A model generated the notes under the pieces. That model was not told the origin of the DNA. It was given only the letters and a program-made list of their open reading frames with translations, and did no database searches. The position numbers were made by a program, and so were the translations under genes. Of a stretch of 64,000 nt of DNA, positions 8,937-18,561 are shown piece after piece (position 1 is the stretch's first letter; each line of letters begins with the position of its first letter). The DNA is from a virus (taxonomy: Duplodnaviria; Caudoviricetes): positions 1 through 64,000 of the IMG/VR virus record IMGVR_UViG_2690315628_000002. One strand, written 5' to 3'.

Positions 8937-10975
8937 GCTGCGACCACCCATGTGCGCAATACGGTTTCCCGGTTTGCTTTGGTGAGGCGGATGCGCTTCA
9001 GCTTCGGGGGCTTCGAACCATAAAAACCGAGATCGCTGAGGATCGTCTCGGTTTCCTCAATGTAGCGATGATAATCGATGTCCTCCGGAAAGTCGTCAGG
9101 GAGGCGCATGCATTCTGCCGCGCCGTCGGTTTTCGGGATTTTCTTGAAATTGCCTGTCGTCTCATGGGGCACGGTGTCATAGATCGCGTCACCATCCGTC
9201 GACCAATAGTATCGGATCGCCTTGCCGAGATACTGGTCGCGCCACGTTGCACCGTTGGCAGCTTTGATGACGGTGACAAACTGGCGGATGTCGCGGCAGG
9301 CCTTGATTGTTTCCTCAATCGGCGTGCCGTGCTTGATGCGAGCCAAGGCAGCGTCGGAGCAGATCGTCATCTGCGGGTTCTTCATCAACTGACCGCGTAC
9401 CGGATCGAAATCAGACTTGTCGGGGTTCCACGGGTTGCCGAGCGGTCCCTTGCGCTTGTGCTTGCCGTCCATCTTGATCGCAAAGTAGCTGTTGACCGAC
9501 TGATTGTAGATGGCCTTGTATTCGCCGAATTCGAGGTCGAAACCGGTGTCGGCTTCCCACTGAGCGCAAACCTGCTGTAGAACCGACGGCTTCAGGCGGT
9601 CTTTCACCATCCCGTCGTACATCTCGCGCGGGCACTGGAAGAGCACACCATCGGTGTTTCCGCTGACTACGTTAATGCCGGCTTCAAGCGCACGTTCGAC
9701 AAGCATCAGAATGGCGAGCTGGCACGTAAGCGTCACAGAAAGCAGCAGGTGAGGTGCATAAAGGATGCTGTACCGGCTGCCGAGCTTCCCGTAGACACCG
9801 TTCAACTGGATCTTACCACCCTTGTCCTTCACCTTGCACTCTTCGAGTTCGCGGTTCAGGGCCGCGATGCGATCGGGATCGTTGACCTTGGGTAGTTCTT
9901 CTTCGATCTCCTTAGCGCGCTTCTTGGCTGCCAGGCGTTCTCTGCGAATGCCATCGTAGGCTTCTAGGAATTCCGGGCCCAGTGACCGCGGATATAGACC
10001 GAGCATGAGGATCGCGGCCGGATACTGAGACGCCACGTCCGCATCGATGAGGATGTGCGTGTCTGTCGAGAAGGTCGCCCGGTTGGACTCGGTAGTGTGA
10101 ATGCCTCCGATCCCGAACTGATACACCTCCGTGCCGAGCTTGATCTGTGCAGCGTCCGTTGACATCCATTTCGGCGACGCAGTCTTTCCGTCGGCCTTGA
10201 CGACGAATTCTGTTTCGCGGACGCGCTCGAGCAGTTCCTGTAGGACAGGGGTGCGAAAGGAGACCCAATCAGGAACCGGATATTTGAACGTGGTTCCGGG
10301 TTTCGTCTCGACCTTTTTGACCTTGCGGCCGGTGATCTCTTCGACGCGGGTTTTGACGATCGCTTCGCCGATCTGGCTGTCCGATTTGGACATGAAGTTG
10401 CGATTGTAAACTGCTCCTAGTGCGCGGCGCAGTTCCATCGGTTCGCGCAAGGCGTTCCAGAGATTATGCGTGGCATCAAGATCGGAGTGGAGGCAGTAGT
10501 TGGCGACGATGTCCATCTGCTCGTGGGTCAGATGCATGTCGGGAGGGAAAGGCAGGTCTTGGAGCTGCTTGCCGTGCATGCGCCCGTTGAGGGACTTCAG
10601 GCTCGCGAACGCGTTGGGCTGCGGCTCGGAGAGGTCAATATGGAGTTTCTTGACCTCGAAGGGGATATTGATCCCGAGGAACTCTTCGGCTTCCCACCAC
10701 TGGATGTTACCTTCGATGAGGCGGTCGCTGGCGCGTTTGAGATGTGCGTTGGTGACGTGTTCCTGTAACGAGTACCAGATCATCGGAACGTCGTAGGATA
10801 AGCTTCGATATCCGACCGTGGTATGCTTCTTCAGAACTGAGCGCACATATCTGCGGTCATAGTTCGATGACCGTGAGCTGAGTTCAACGCCGACACGCTT
10901 GCCGTCTTCTTCGCGCTTGAAGCCGATATAGAAGAAATCGTGATAACACTCAATGTCGGTAAAAATCACACTCAT
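8933..10975 (-). CDS. Phage DNA polymerase, family B-like
   Basis: Exo I DIE; motif A DADVASQYP; motif B KIQLNGVYG; motif C variant GNTDG. Confidence 0.85.
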   Translation of the reverse strand: MSVIFTDIECYHDFFYIGFKREEDGKRVGVELSSRSSNYDRRYVRSVLKKHTTVGYRSLSYDVPMIWYSLQEHVTNAHLKRASDRLIEGNIQWWEAEEFLGINIPFEVKKLHIDLSEPQPNAFASLKSLNGRMHGKQLQDLPFPPDMHLTHEQMDIVANYCLHSDLDATHNLWNALREPMELRRALGAVYNRNFMSKSDSQIGEAIVKTRVEEITGRKVKKVETKPGTTFKYPVPDWVSFRTPVLQELLERVRETEFVVKADGKTASPKWMSTDAAQIKLGTEVYQFGIGGIHTTESNRATFSTDTHILIDADVASQYPAAILMLGLYPRSLGPEFLEAYDGIRRERLAAKKRAKEIEEELPKVNDPDRIAALNRELEECKVKDKGGKIQLNGVYGKLGSRYSILYAPHLLLSVTLTCQLAILMLVERALEAGINVVSGNTDGVLFQCPREMYDGMVKDRLKPSVLQQVCAQWEADTGFDLEFGEYKAIYNQSVNSYFAIKMDGKHKRKGPLGNPWNPDKSDFDPVRGQLMKNPQMTICSDAALARIKHGTPIEETIKACRDIRQFVTVIKAANGATWRDQYLGKAIRYYWSTDGDAIYDTVPHETTGNFKKIPKTDGAAECMRLPDDFPEDIDYHRYIEETETILSDLGFYGSKPPKLKRIRLTKANRETVLRTWVVAA

Positions 10976-11122
10976 GCGGCTTCTTCTCGTCTAAGATTTT
11001 GCCCGATTTGACCCTCGGAGCCGGGGTCGGTTGGCGGTCTTTAGCCGCCGATTGCATGGCGACCTCCATCTGCTCGGTTTCATCGAACATCGTTCGGCTG
11101 ACAAAATTACTCATAACGACTC

Positions 11123-11163
11123 TTGAATTTCACGTAAAGAGTGAATATCACTTTTAACGAGAC
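11123..11163 (+). promoter_or_regulatory. Putative promoter with tandem operator-like sites upstream of the AlpA/terminase operon
   Basis: TTGAAT, then the 17-bp TTCACGTAAAGAGTGAA filling the spacer, then TATCAC; second copy ATCACTTTTAACGAGAC. Confidence 0.6.
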
Positions 11164-11178
11164 GAATGGAGACACGAA

Positions 11179-11388
11179 ATGAATGATAGTCTTATGAGGG
11201 TGACCGACGTGTCGAAGGTGACGACCTTATCCCGCGCCGAAATTTACCGCCGAGTGAAGGCCGGCACCTTCCCCGCGCAGACGCGCATTTCCCATCGCTT
11301 CTCAGCCTGGAACAGGCGTGACGTTGAGCAGTGGATCGCAAACACCACACGCCGTCCGAATGTCGATCTCACTGACCTACTGGTGTGA
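11179..11388 (+). CDS. alpA: AlpA-family excisionase/regulator
   Basis: LMRVTDV...TLSRAEIYRRVKAGTFP...W winged-helix signature; GGAG RBS. Confidence 0.85.
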   Translation: MNDSLMRVTDVSKVTTLSRAEIYRRVKAGTFPAQTRISHRFSAWNRRDVEQWIANTTRRPNVDLTDLLV

Positions 11389-11391
11389 GCC

Positions 11392-12093
11392 ATGGTCGAT
11401 CTCAGTGATTTGATGGGTGGCGATGAGCCTACTGGCCGTCCTAGAGGTCGGCCGACGAAGGCCGAGGCCGAGGCACGGCTGCAGAAGCAGATGCAGGAAG
11501 ACCTCCCGCATTACACCGAGTTCCGTAAGCCCGTCGGTGTGATGTTCATCGCGAACGTGGTCGGCAAGCAGCCGAAGCAAATCCAGAAGCGACTGGAAAA
11601 GTGCCCGGTATCGAAATGGGCCACCCACGGCGGCAAGCAGGTGCCGTTCTACGATTTCATGACTGCCATGTCCTATCTCGTGCCGCCGCGCGGGAGCATC
11701 GAGGACTGGTTCGCTCAGCAGAATGCCGCCAGCCTACCGCCCTATGTCAACAAGATGTGGTGGGACTCCGCTCACCAACGAAACCGAGTGATGCTGGCGT
11801 CGGGTGATCTCTGGCATACCGAAGACGTGATGCTTGTTCTCGGGCGCGTCGCGATGATGATCCGCCAAGACGTGAAGATGTGGATCGAAGACCTGCCGGA
11901 GAAGGAGTTGCTCAGCAACAAGCAGTATGGCGCCTTAGTCGATGCCACAAACCGGCTTGTTGAAGAAATCCGCAAGACGCTCGTAGAGATGCCTCGCGAA
12001 ACCCTTTCCATGACCGCACACATCAAGAGCGAGCTGGATAGCAGCGGCCGGATGATTGATGATGCTGACCGGCCTGCGGGAGATGATGAGTGA
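11392..12093 (+). CDS. Terminase small subunit (DUF1441-like)
   Basis: Position upstream of a GpA-type terminase; N-terminal HTH-like region and helical C-terminus (WWDSAHQR...GDLWHTEDV). Confidence 0.65.
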   Translation: MVDLSDLMGGDEPTGRPRGRPTKAEAEARLQKQMQEDLPHYTEFRKPVGVMFIANVVGKQPKQIQKRLEKCPVSKWATHGGKQVPFYDFMTAMSYLVPPRGSIEDWFAQQNAASLPPYVNKMWWDSAHQRNRVMLASGDLWHTEDVMLVLGRVAMMIRQDVKMWIEDLPEKELLSNKQYGALVDATNRLVEEIRKTLVEMPRETLSMTAHIKSELDSSGRMIDDADRPAGDDE

Positions 12094-12902
12094 ACGCTCC
12101 TCTTCCCGGCGACACAATTGTAGTCTGGTTCTCGAATGGCGCCGCCAGTGCCGTTGCCGCGTGGGAGACTATCCGTCGCTACGGCGCGATTTGCGACGTT
12201 CGCGTTGTAAACAATCCGATTATTGAAGAAGACGAAGATAATCTTCGGTTTCAGACTGACGTTTCTCGGTGGTTAGGTCTGCCGATCATCCTTCATGGAA
12301 ACCCCGAGTATCCTTCTAATTCCGCTGTCGACATATGGGAAAAACGCAAGGCAATGGTGTTTCCGAAAGGGGCACCGTGTACAGTTCACGGGAAAAAAGA
12401 AGCGCGGCAGGACTACGAAAAGCATCATCGAGTTGACTGGCACGTATTCGGGTTCACTGCTGACGAACGGGATCGCCACGAGCGGTTTGTCTTAACCGAG
12501 CGCGACAATGTTTTACCGGTCCTGATTGATGGAAACTACACAAAAGACGACTGTGCATCGCTGCTGCAATTCTTCCGAATAGCGCTCCCTCGGATATATA
12601 GCCTTGGGTTCCCGAATGCCAACTGCAAGGGCTGCGTGAAGGCTACGAGCCCCACGTACTGGAATCTGGTTCGTCGCATATTTCCTGATGTTTTCGCTGC
12701 CCGCGCCGAGCAATCTCGCCGTCTTGGAGTTCGCCTAGTTCGTTACAAAGGCGAACGGATTTTCCTAGACGAGCTGCCTCCGGATGCTGTTGGCCGCCCT
12801 CTTAAAACGATGCGCATTGAATGCGGAATCGTCTGCGAGGAAGACCCGACAGGTGACCGTGAGGAATACTTCAATGTTACAGAATGGTTGTTGGCCGCAT
12901 GA
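12090..12902 (+). CDS. PP-loop / PAPS-reductase-like protein
   Basis: VVWFSNGAASAV PP-loop-like motif; Cys motifs APCT, NANCKGCVK, ECGIVC. Confidence 0.6.
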   Translation: MNAPLPGDTIVVWFSNGAASAVAAWETIRRYGAICDVRVVNNPIIEEDEDNLRFQTDVSRWLGLPIILHGNPEYPSNSAVDIWEKRKAMVFPKGAPCTVHGKKEARQDYEKHHRVDWHVFGFTADERDRHERFVLTERDNVLPVLIDGNYTKDDCASLLQFFRIALPRIYSLGFPNANCKGCVKATSPTYWNLVRRIFPDVFAARAEQSRRLGVRLVRYKGERIFLDELPPDAVGRPLKTMRIECGIVCEEDPTGDREEYFNVTEWLLAA

Positions 12903-15082
12903 ACTCACCTCTCCGCCAAATTCGCCCACCGACAATTGATGAACTAATCAGTTCCGTGCGGTTTAAAACGCTCGAGGATATTGTTGCATCAGCGTTCGAC
13001 GAGATGAAGCCGGCGAACCGCATGACGGTGACCGATGCTGCGAAGGAGTATTCGAGAATTGGCACCGGAGGCGGGCATAGCCAGCCATGGTCCGAAGATC
13101 GGACACCCTATCTCCGAGAGCCACAAGACGAAACGACATCGCTCGATTTCACGGGCATGGTTTTCTTAGGACCAGCGCGAACCGGTAAAACGGTGATGGT
13201 CCTGAACATGATCAGTCACACCGTAAAAACTGATCCCACCGACATGCTGCTGGTCCACATGGACCGCGAGAATGCCAGAAAGTGGTCAAACGGCGATTTA
13301 AGTCGATACCTCAAAGCCTCCACGCAAATCCGCGCTGAGCAGCTTACGGCCCGTCAGTACGACAACACGTTCGACAAAACATTCAAGAGCGGGATGCGGG
13401 TACTGGTGACCTATCCTACGCCAGCGAACCTCTCAGGCATCACCGTCAGGATCGGCGCATCGATCGACTACGACCGTTCAGAGGATGATATCGGCGGTGA
13501 AGGTAACCTCTACGACCTTCTGTCCATGCGCACGACGACATTCAAACGCTTCGGTATGACCATTGCTGAGTCATCGCCGAACCCGAATAAGGAAATCCAA
13601 GACCCTCGGTGGATGGCCAAGACGCCTCATGAGGCACCTCCAATCCGGGGCATATTCGCGCTGTATAATCGCGGTGACCGTCGCAGATGGCAGTGGTGTT
13701 GCCCTCAGTGCGAGGAGTGGTTTGAGCCGGATTTCAAATTACTTGACTGGGGCGGGCATACGGATCCCATGGAAGCGCGTGATGCGACGATTATGATTTG
13801 TCCTTCGCATGGCTGTATCATCAAGCCACATCAGAAACACGACCTCAACCGCCATGGCCGCTGGATCCGAGAAGGGGAAATGATAGAATCCGGCCTGTCT
13901 GGCAAGACTGTCGTCCGCCCAGGTATGAAAGTCACGCGGTCAACGATCGCCTCGTTTTGGTTGAAAGGCCCGGCCGCTGGTTATCGCGAGTGGGGCGATC
14001 TCGTGATGCTCGAGCTTAACGCTCTCAAGGAACTCGAAGAGACTGGCGACGACAGTGCGCTCAGGAAGACCAGAACGACTGACCAAGGGACCTTCTATAT
14101 CCCGCAGGCCCGGCTGTCCGATTTTGCACCCGAACTGCTGAAAGCCAAGGGCGAGGACTGGGGATCGACACCCGAAGAGCCTCTTGTGCCAGAAGGCGTG
14201 CGATACCTCGTTTCGACCGTCGACATCCAGAAGCGCGCGTTCGTAGTCCAGGTGTTGGGTTACACGGCAGACGGTGATCGTGTCGTCATCGACATGTACA
14301 AGGTTAGATTGTCAAACCGCCGCAACGCGAACGGTGATCGCCTGCCCATCGATCCTGCGGCATTTGGCGAAGATTGGGATGTTCTCATTCCGGAGGTTAT
14401 GGGGAAAACCTACGAATTGTGCGACGGCAGTGGTCGACGCATGGCGATCCGTGCCACTGCCTCCGACTCCGGCGGTGCTGAAGGTGTGACGGCTCACGCC
14501 TATAATTTCTGGCGCCGCCTGAAATCGAAGCAGGACGGCTCGCACCGTCGTTTTATCCTCGTAAAGGGTGAGGCGTCTAAATCGAAGCCGTTGGCTCGAA
14601 CGGAATGGCCCGACTCATCTCAGAAAGGACCGCTCGCAATCGCCCGAGGGGATGTGCCGGTCGTTATGCTGAATTCGAACAAGCTTAAGGATGCGGTCTC
14701 ATTGCTCATGTCGCGGCGAATCGCCGAGGAAGGCGGCGAGGGTGGAATGTTGCGGTTCCCTGACTGGGCTGAAGACTGGTATTTCGTTCAGCTAACGTCC
14801 GAGACGCGATCAGCGAAGGGGTGGCTGAACACCCGCAAGAAACGCAACGAAGCATTCGACTTGACCTACTATGCCGAGGGTATTTCGCTGCGACCAGTCG
14901 AAAAAAATGTGCCTTACACACATTTCGGCTTTGACCGAATTGACTGGAAAAACCCGCCGTCGTGGGCAGAGGAATGGGATCGAAACGACCTCGTGTCAGG
15001 CGGTACGCGGGACGATGAGCCTCCACCAGTAAAAAGCACTGGATTAAGCGCACTGGCAGAGCTTGCAAAAAAATTAGCATAA
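12899..15082 (+). CDS. terL: Terminase large subunit, lambda GpA family
   Basis: RTPYLREP, Walker A GPARTGKT, ESSP coupling motif, CPQC/CPSHGC Zn site, TVDIQ nuclease, RNEAFD. Confidence 0.93.
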   Translation: MNSPLRQIRPPTIDELISSVRFKTLEDIVASAFDEMKPANRMTVTDAAKEYSRIGTGGGHSQPWSEDRTPYLREPQDETTSLDFTGMVFLGPARTGKTVMVLNMISHTVKTDPTDMLLVHMDRENARKWSNGDLSRYLKASTQIRAEQLTARQYDNTFDKTFKSGMRVLVTYPTPANLSGITVRIGASIDYDRSEDDIGGEGNLYDLLSMRTTTFKRFGMTIAESSPNPNKEIQDPRWMAKTPHEAPPIRGIFALYNRGDRRRWQWCCPQCEEWFEPDFKLLDWGGHTDPMEARDATIMICPSHGCIIKPHQKHDLNRHGRWIREGEMIESGLSGKTVVRPGMKVTRSTIASFWLKGPAAGYREWGDLVMLELNALKELEETGDDSALRKTRTTDQGTFYIPQARLSDFAPELLKAKGEDWGSTPEEPLVPEGVRYLVSTVDIQKRAFVVQVLGYTADGDRVVIDMYKVRLSNRRNANGDRLPIDPAAFGEDWDVLIPEVMGKTYELCDGSGRRMAIRATASDSGGAEGVTAHAYNFWRRLKSKQDGSHRRFILVKGEASKSKPLARTEWPDSSQKGPLAIARGDVPVVMLNSNKLKDAVSLLMSRRIAEEGGEGGMLRFPDWAEDWYFVQLTSETRSAKGWLNTRKKRNEAFDLTYYAEGISLRPVEKNVPYTHFGFDRIDWKNPPSWAEEWDRNDLVSGGTRDDEPPPVKSTGLSALAELAKKLA

Positions 15083-15096
15083 AAATCACGCTAGGA

Positions 15097-15123
15097 TTGA
15101 CTTTCACCTTTTGAGTGCATAAT
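15097..15123 (+). promoter_or_regulatory. Putative promoter with operator-like site
   Basis: TTGACT followed by TTCACCTTTTGAGTGCA and CATAAT (short spacer). Confidence 0.5.
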
Positions 15124-15163
15124 TGTCACGTAACGGCAGCGCTTGAACAGAAAGGAGGTCTTG

Positions 15164-15241
15164 ATGAACTTGCTCGTTAACGTGGTTGAAATTGCTGAGT
15201 TTATGCATTTTCGCCCGCTACGGTTATTAAGTCGCCCATGA
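15164..15241 (+). CDS. Putative 25-aa peptide MNLLVNVVEIAEFMHFRPLRLLSRP
   Basis: Near-perfect SD AAAGGAGGT just upstream of ATG, downstream of a promoter-like sequence. Confidence 0.4.
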   Translation: MNLLVNVVEIAEFMHFRPLRLLSRP

Positions 15242-15344
15242 TGGGCAAAACATGGAAATGGTTTACAAAATTCCAACTTAATATTGTAATTAAGAATGAA
15301 CAGCGGTATTACTCACCCTGCAAGAGCGCATTGCGGGGTGACAC

Positions 15345-15572
15345 ATGGCGACAATCGCCGAATTACAGGGTTGGCTACGAGAGGCTGAAAAAGCCCTCCA
15401 CGAACTGTTGACCGGTAAAGGTGTCGCCGAGGTTCGTGACAGCAACGGCGAGTCCGTCCGCTATACGATGGCAAACGTCTCTCGCCTTCGTCAGTATATT
15501 GAAGATCTCAAAGCCCAAATCGCAGGACAGCCGAGAACCCCGCATCGTGTCATGAGGCCGACGTGGGGATGA
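15345..15572 (+). CDS. Head completion protein, gpW-like
   Basis: EAEKALHELLTGK...SVRYT..N...LRQYI pattern; between terL and portal. Confidence 0.85.
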   Translation: MATIAELQGWLREAEKALHELLTGKGVAEVRDSNGESVRYTMANVSRLRQYIEDLKAQIAGQPRTPHRVMRPTWG

Positions 15573-17260
15573 GAGCGGCTGTTGATCTTTCAGACCTGAT
15601 CGGAACCGCCGCTGATGTCTCCACAGCGGTTGCCGATGCGGTGCGTCCGCCCGGTGCTACGGCGGCAGCATCGGGCGGTGTTGCCTATGACGGCGCATCG
15701 AAAGTTGACCGGCTTGCTCGTTGGCAGCCCGCAATCCGTTCTGCTGACGCGGAAATCCTTCCTGAAAAACAAAACCTTGACGCGCGAGCGCGCGACACAA
15801 TTCGCAACGATGCATTTGTGTCCGGTGGCGCTGACATCTATCGCGACTCGATTGTTGGTTCTCGTTATCAACTGAATGCCCGCCCCGAGACGAAGGTCTT
15901 GTGGGGCAAAGAGGATGCGAAGTGGGAAGAAGAGTTTCAGGAAGAAACTGAGACCAAGTTTATGCTGTGGGGCGAAAGCCAGCAGAAATGGTCAGACGCT
16001 GCCCGTATCAATACCTTCACTGCACAGGTCCGTCTCGGTGTCTGCACGTTCTTCGGCGGCGGGGAAATTCTGGCAAGCGCCGAATGGATGCCGGCTGATG
16101 GTCGCCCATACCGTTCCGCCGTGCAGATGATCGACCCTGATCGGCTTTCCACTCCGATGGACAAGCTCATGCAGGATTGGTCTCGCATCCGAAACGGCGT
16201 TGAGCGTGACCGTCGCGGTGCTCCGATCGCCTACCACATTCGGAATTCCCATCCGAACGACGGCCCGTATCACGATTTCTCCAACCTCTCCGACATGAAC
16301 TGGACACGGGTCCCGGCTCGCAACCGGTGGGGTCGACCTATGATTCTGCACGTCTACGAGCAGGACCGGCCCGACCAGTCCCGCGGCGTGTCCGATATCG
16401 TTTCGGCACTGTCCGAAATGCGGATGACGAAGCATTTCCGTCGCACGGAGCTGGAACGCGCTGTCGTTGCAGCCAGCTACGCAGCTTCGGTCGAGTCGGA
16501 AATCCCTGACGATGTCTTGGCGGCCCTTGGCGGACAGCCTCCCGAGGGTAATGCCACGGTCGAATGGATGACCGCATATCTCGATGCGATCGCGGCGTAC
16601 AATTCCAATGCAACGAACTTACACATGGACGGAGCGAAGATACCCGTATTCGCTCCAGGTACAAAGCTCAAGATTCAGAACACCGGAGCCACCGGTCCAC
16701 TTGGCGACAAATACGAGCAGAGCCTTTTGCGCTACATCGCAGCCGCGCTCGGTCTTTCCTACGAGCAGTTCTCGCGCGATTTCACGCAGACAAACTATTC
16801 GTCGGCTCGCGCATCGATCGGCGAAACGCAGAAGGGCATGAATGCCAAGAAGGCGATTGCAGCCGACGGCGTCGCCAACTTCATTTATCGCCTCTGGCTT
16901 GAGGAAGCGATCAACAAGAACGACCTCGAATGCCTCAAGCGAAAGAACGTCCCACTCTTTTACGAGGGGTTGAACGCCGAGGCGTACTGCGCATGCGAAT
17001 GGATCGGCGCAGGGCAGGGCCAGATTGACCCGCTCAAGGAAACTCAGGCCGCTGTTCTCAAGGTCAAGAGCGGTTTTTCCACGAAGGAAGCCGAGATCGC
17101 GAAGATGAGCGGTGGCGACTATCGCCGTGTCGCGCGACAGATCCAGCGTGAGCGCGAACTGGACAGCTTCTACGGCAACCCGTCGATCTACGACAGCACC
17201 GACACCAAGGACATGGAAAACTCACTGTCCGCCACACCAAGAGAAGGAGAGGCGGCGTGA
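15569..17260 (+). CDS. Portal protein, lambda family
   Basis: ARARDTIRND, RPDQSRGV, NYSSARAS, IDPLKE motifs. Confidence 0.93.
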   Translation: MRAAVDLSDLIGTAADVSTAVADAVRPPGATAAASGGVAYDGASKVDRLARWQPAIRSADAEILPEKQNLDARARDTIRNDAFVSGGADIYRDSIVGSRYQLNARPETKVLWGKEDAKWEEEFQEETETKFMLWGESQQKWSDAARINTFTAQVRLGVCTFFGGGEILASAEWMPADGRPYRSAVQMIDPDRLSTPMDKLMQDWSRIRNGVERDRRGAPIAYHIRNSHPNDGPYHDFSNLSDMNWTRVPARNRWGRPMILHVYEQDRPDQSRGVSDIVSALSEMRMTKHFRRTELERAVVAASYAASVESEIPDDVLAALGGQPPEGNATVEWMTAYLDAIAAYNSNATNLHMDGAKIPVFAPGTKLKIQNTGATGPLGDKYEQSLLRYIAAALGLSYEQFSRDFTQTNYSSARASIGETQKGMNAKKAIAADGVANFIYRLWLEEAINKNDLECLKRKNVPLFYEGLNAEAYCACEWIGAGQGQIDPLKETQAAVLKVKSGFSTKEAEIAKMSGGDYRRVARQIQRERELDSFYGNPSIYDSTDTKDMENSLSATPREGEAA

Positions 17261-18555
17261 ACGCAATCCTCGCACGTTTTCAGGACAGCACAGCTCTCGT
17301 GGCCGAAACCCGTGGTTCGTGGCTCGAAGCCTGCGCGCAAATGGCTTCCGAACCTCTCGTTGAGATCGAGAAGGCTTCGGCCAACGACAATGATTTCTGG
17401 TTCAGCGAAGACGACTGGCGTGCGCGTTACCGGCCCTACAACGTCAAGAACGGCATTCTTTATGTTCCGGTTCAGGGTGTTCTCGTCAACAACTTCCCGT
17501 GGACGATCGGCGCCTGGATCACCGGTTACGAATACATCCGTCAGGCCATCAAGCGCGGTCGCGACGATAGCGACGTAAAAGCCATCGTCCTGGTCATCGA
17601 CTCCGGTGGGGGGATGGTTTCGGGCAACTGGGACCTCGTTGATTATATCTTCGAAACCCGCGACATCAAACCGATCCGCGCCGTAGCGTCCGAGCACGCG
17701 TATTCCGCTGCTTACAACATTGCCGCTGCGACCAGTCATATTACGGTCGCCCGCACAGGCGGGGTCGGTTCGATCGGCGTCATCATCACCCATTTCGAAT
17801 ATTCCGAATACCTCAAGAGCGCAGGCATCAAGGTCAACATCATCCGCTCCAAGCCCGGCAAGGCGCAGGGTAATTCGATCGAGCCGCTTTCCGAGGAAGC
17901 CCGGAAGAAGTGGAAAGCCGAGGTGGATGAACTCCACAAGCAATTCGTCGCCATGGTGGCGAGGGGTCGAGGCATGGAGGAGGAGGCGGTCGACGATACC
18001 GACGCGCAGACCTTCATGGCTCGTCAAGCCGTCAAGATCGGATTGGCTGACGCCATCGGAACTCTCGACGACGCTGTAACGGCCCTTGAGGCCACGTTCT
18101 CACAAGAAGGAGAAGAACCAATGGCCGAAAATAAACAGGCCGAATACGAAGCTGCGGTCGCTGCCGCACGTGCCGAAGGCGTCACTGAAGGTGAAAAAAC
18201 CGGTGCCGCCAACGCGATTTCCCGCATCAATGCGATCATCGGCTCCGACGCCGGCAAGGCACGTCCCACCGCCGCGCTGAACGCTGCTCTCAAGACATCG
18301 ATGTCTGCCGAGGAAGCAACGGAGTTTCTGGCTTCGCTGCCGGAAGAAGCGAAGCCAGATGCTGCCGCCACCACCACGCAGCCCGGCGCAGGTGCACCTG
18401 CCGGCATGTTCACCGCCGCGATGGACGGAAGCAAACAGCCGAACATCGCTGCTGGCGCTGACGGCAACGACGACAACCAGGCAACCGATGTCGACAAGGA
18501 CCGAGCGCTGATCCGCGGCTACGGCCTCGCCGGCTTCTCTGACAACAAGGAGTAA
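17257..18555 (+). CDS. S49-family prohead protease (gpC-like)
   Basis: IDSGGG, AYSAAY, GSIGV motifs. Confidence 0.9.
   Translation: MNAILARFQDSTALVAETRGSWLEACAQMASEPLVEIEKASANDNDFWFSEDDWRARYRPYNVKNGILYVPVQGVLVNNFPWTIGAWITGYEYIRQAIKRGRDDSDVKAIVLVIDSGGGMVSGNWDLVDYIFETRDIKPIRAVASEHAYSAAYNIAAATSHITVARTGGVGSIGVIITHFEYSEYLKSAGIKVNIIRSKPGKAQGNSIEPLSEEARKKWKAEVDELHKQFVAMVARGRGMEEEAVDDTDAQTFMARQAVKIGLADAIGTLDDAVTALEATFSQEGEEPMAENKQAEYEAAVAAARAEGVTEGEKTGAANAISRINAIIGSDAGKARPTAALNAALKTSMSAEEATEFLASLPEEAKPDAAATTTQPGAGAPAGMFTAAMDGSKQPNIAAGADGNDDNQATDVDKDRALIRGYGLAGFSDNKE
18121..18555 (+). CDS. Nested in-frame scaffolding protein (Nu3-like)
   Basis: Internal AAGGAG RBS and ATG in frame within the protease gene; Ala-rich product; same arrangement as lambda C/Nu3. 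Confidence 0.6.
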   Translation: MAENKQAEYEAAVAAARAEGVTEGEKTGAANAISRINAIIGSDAGKARPTAALNAALKTSMSAEEATEFLASLPEEAKPDAAATTTQPGAGAPAGMFTAAMDGSKQPNIAAGADGNDDNQATDVDKDRALIRGYGLAGFSDNKE

Positions 18556-18561
18556 ACCGCG

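Noticed and set aside
8933-17260. C-terminal AA ClpXP degrons on polymerase (VVAA), PP-loop protein (LLAA) and portal (GEAA)
   Set aside because: Each coincides with a GC(A/G)TGA stop/start overlap, which can explain the residues without a degron; not excluded, but unsupported.
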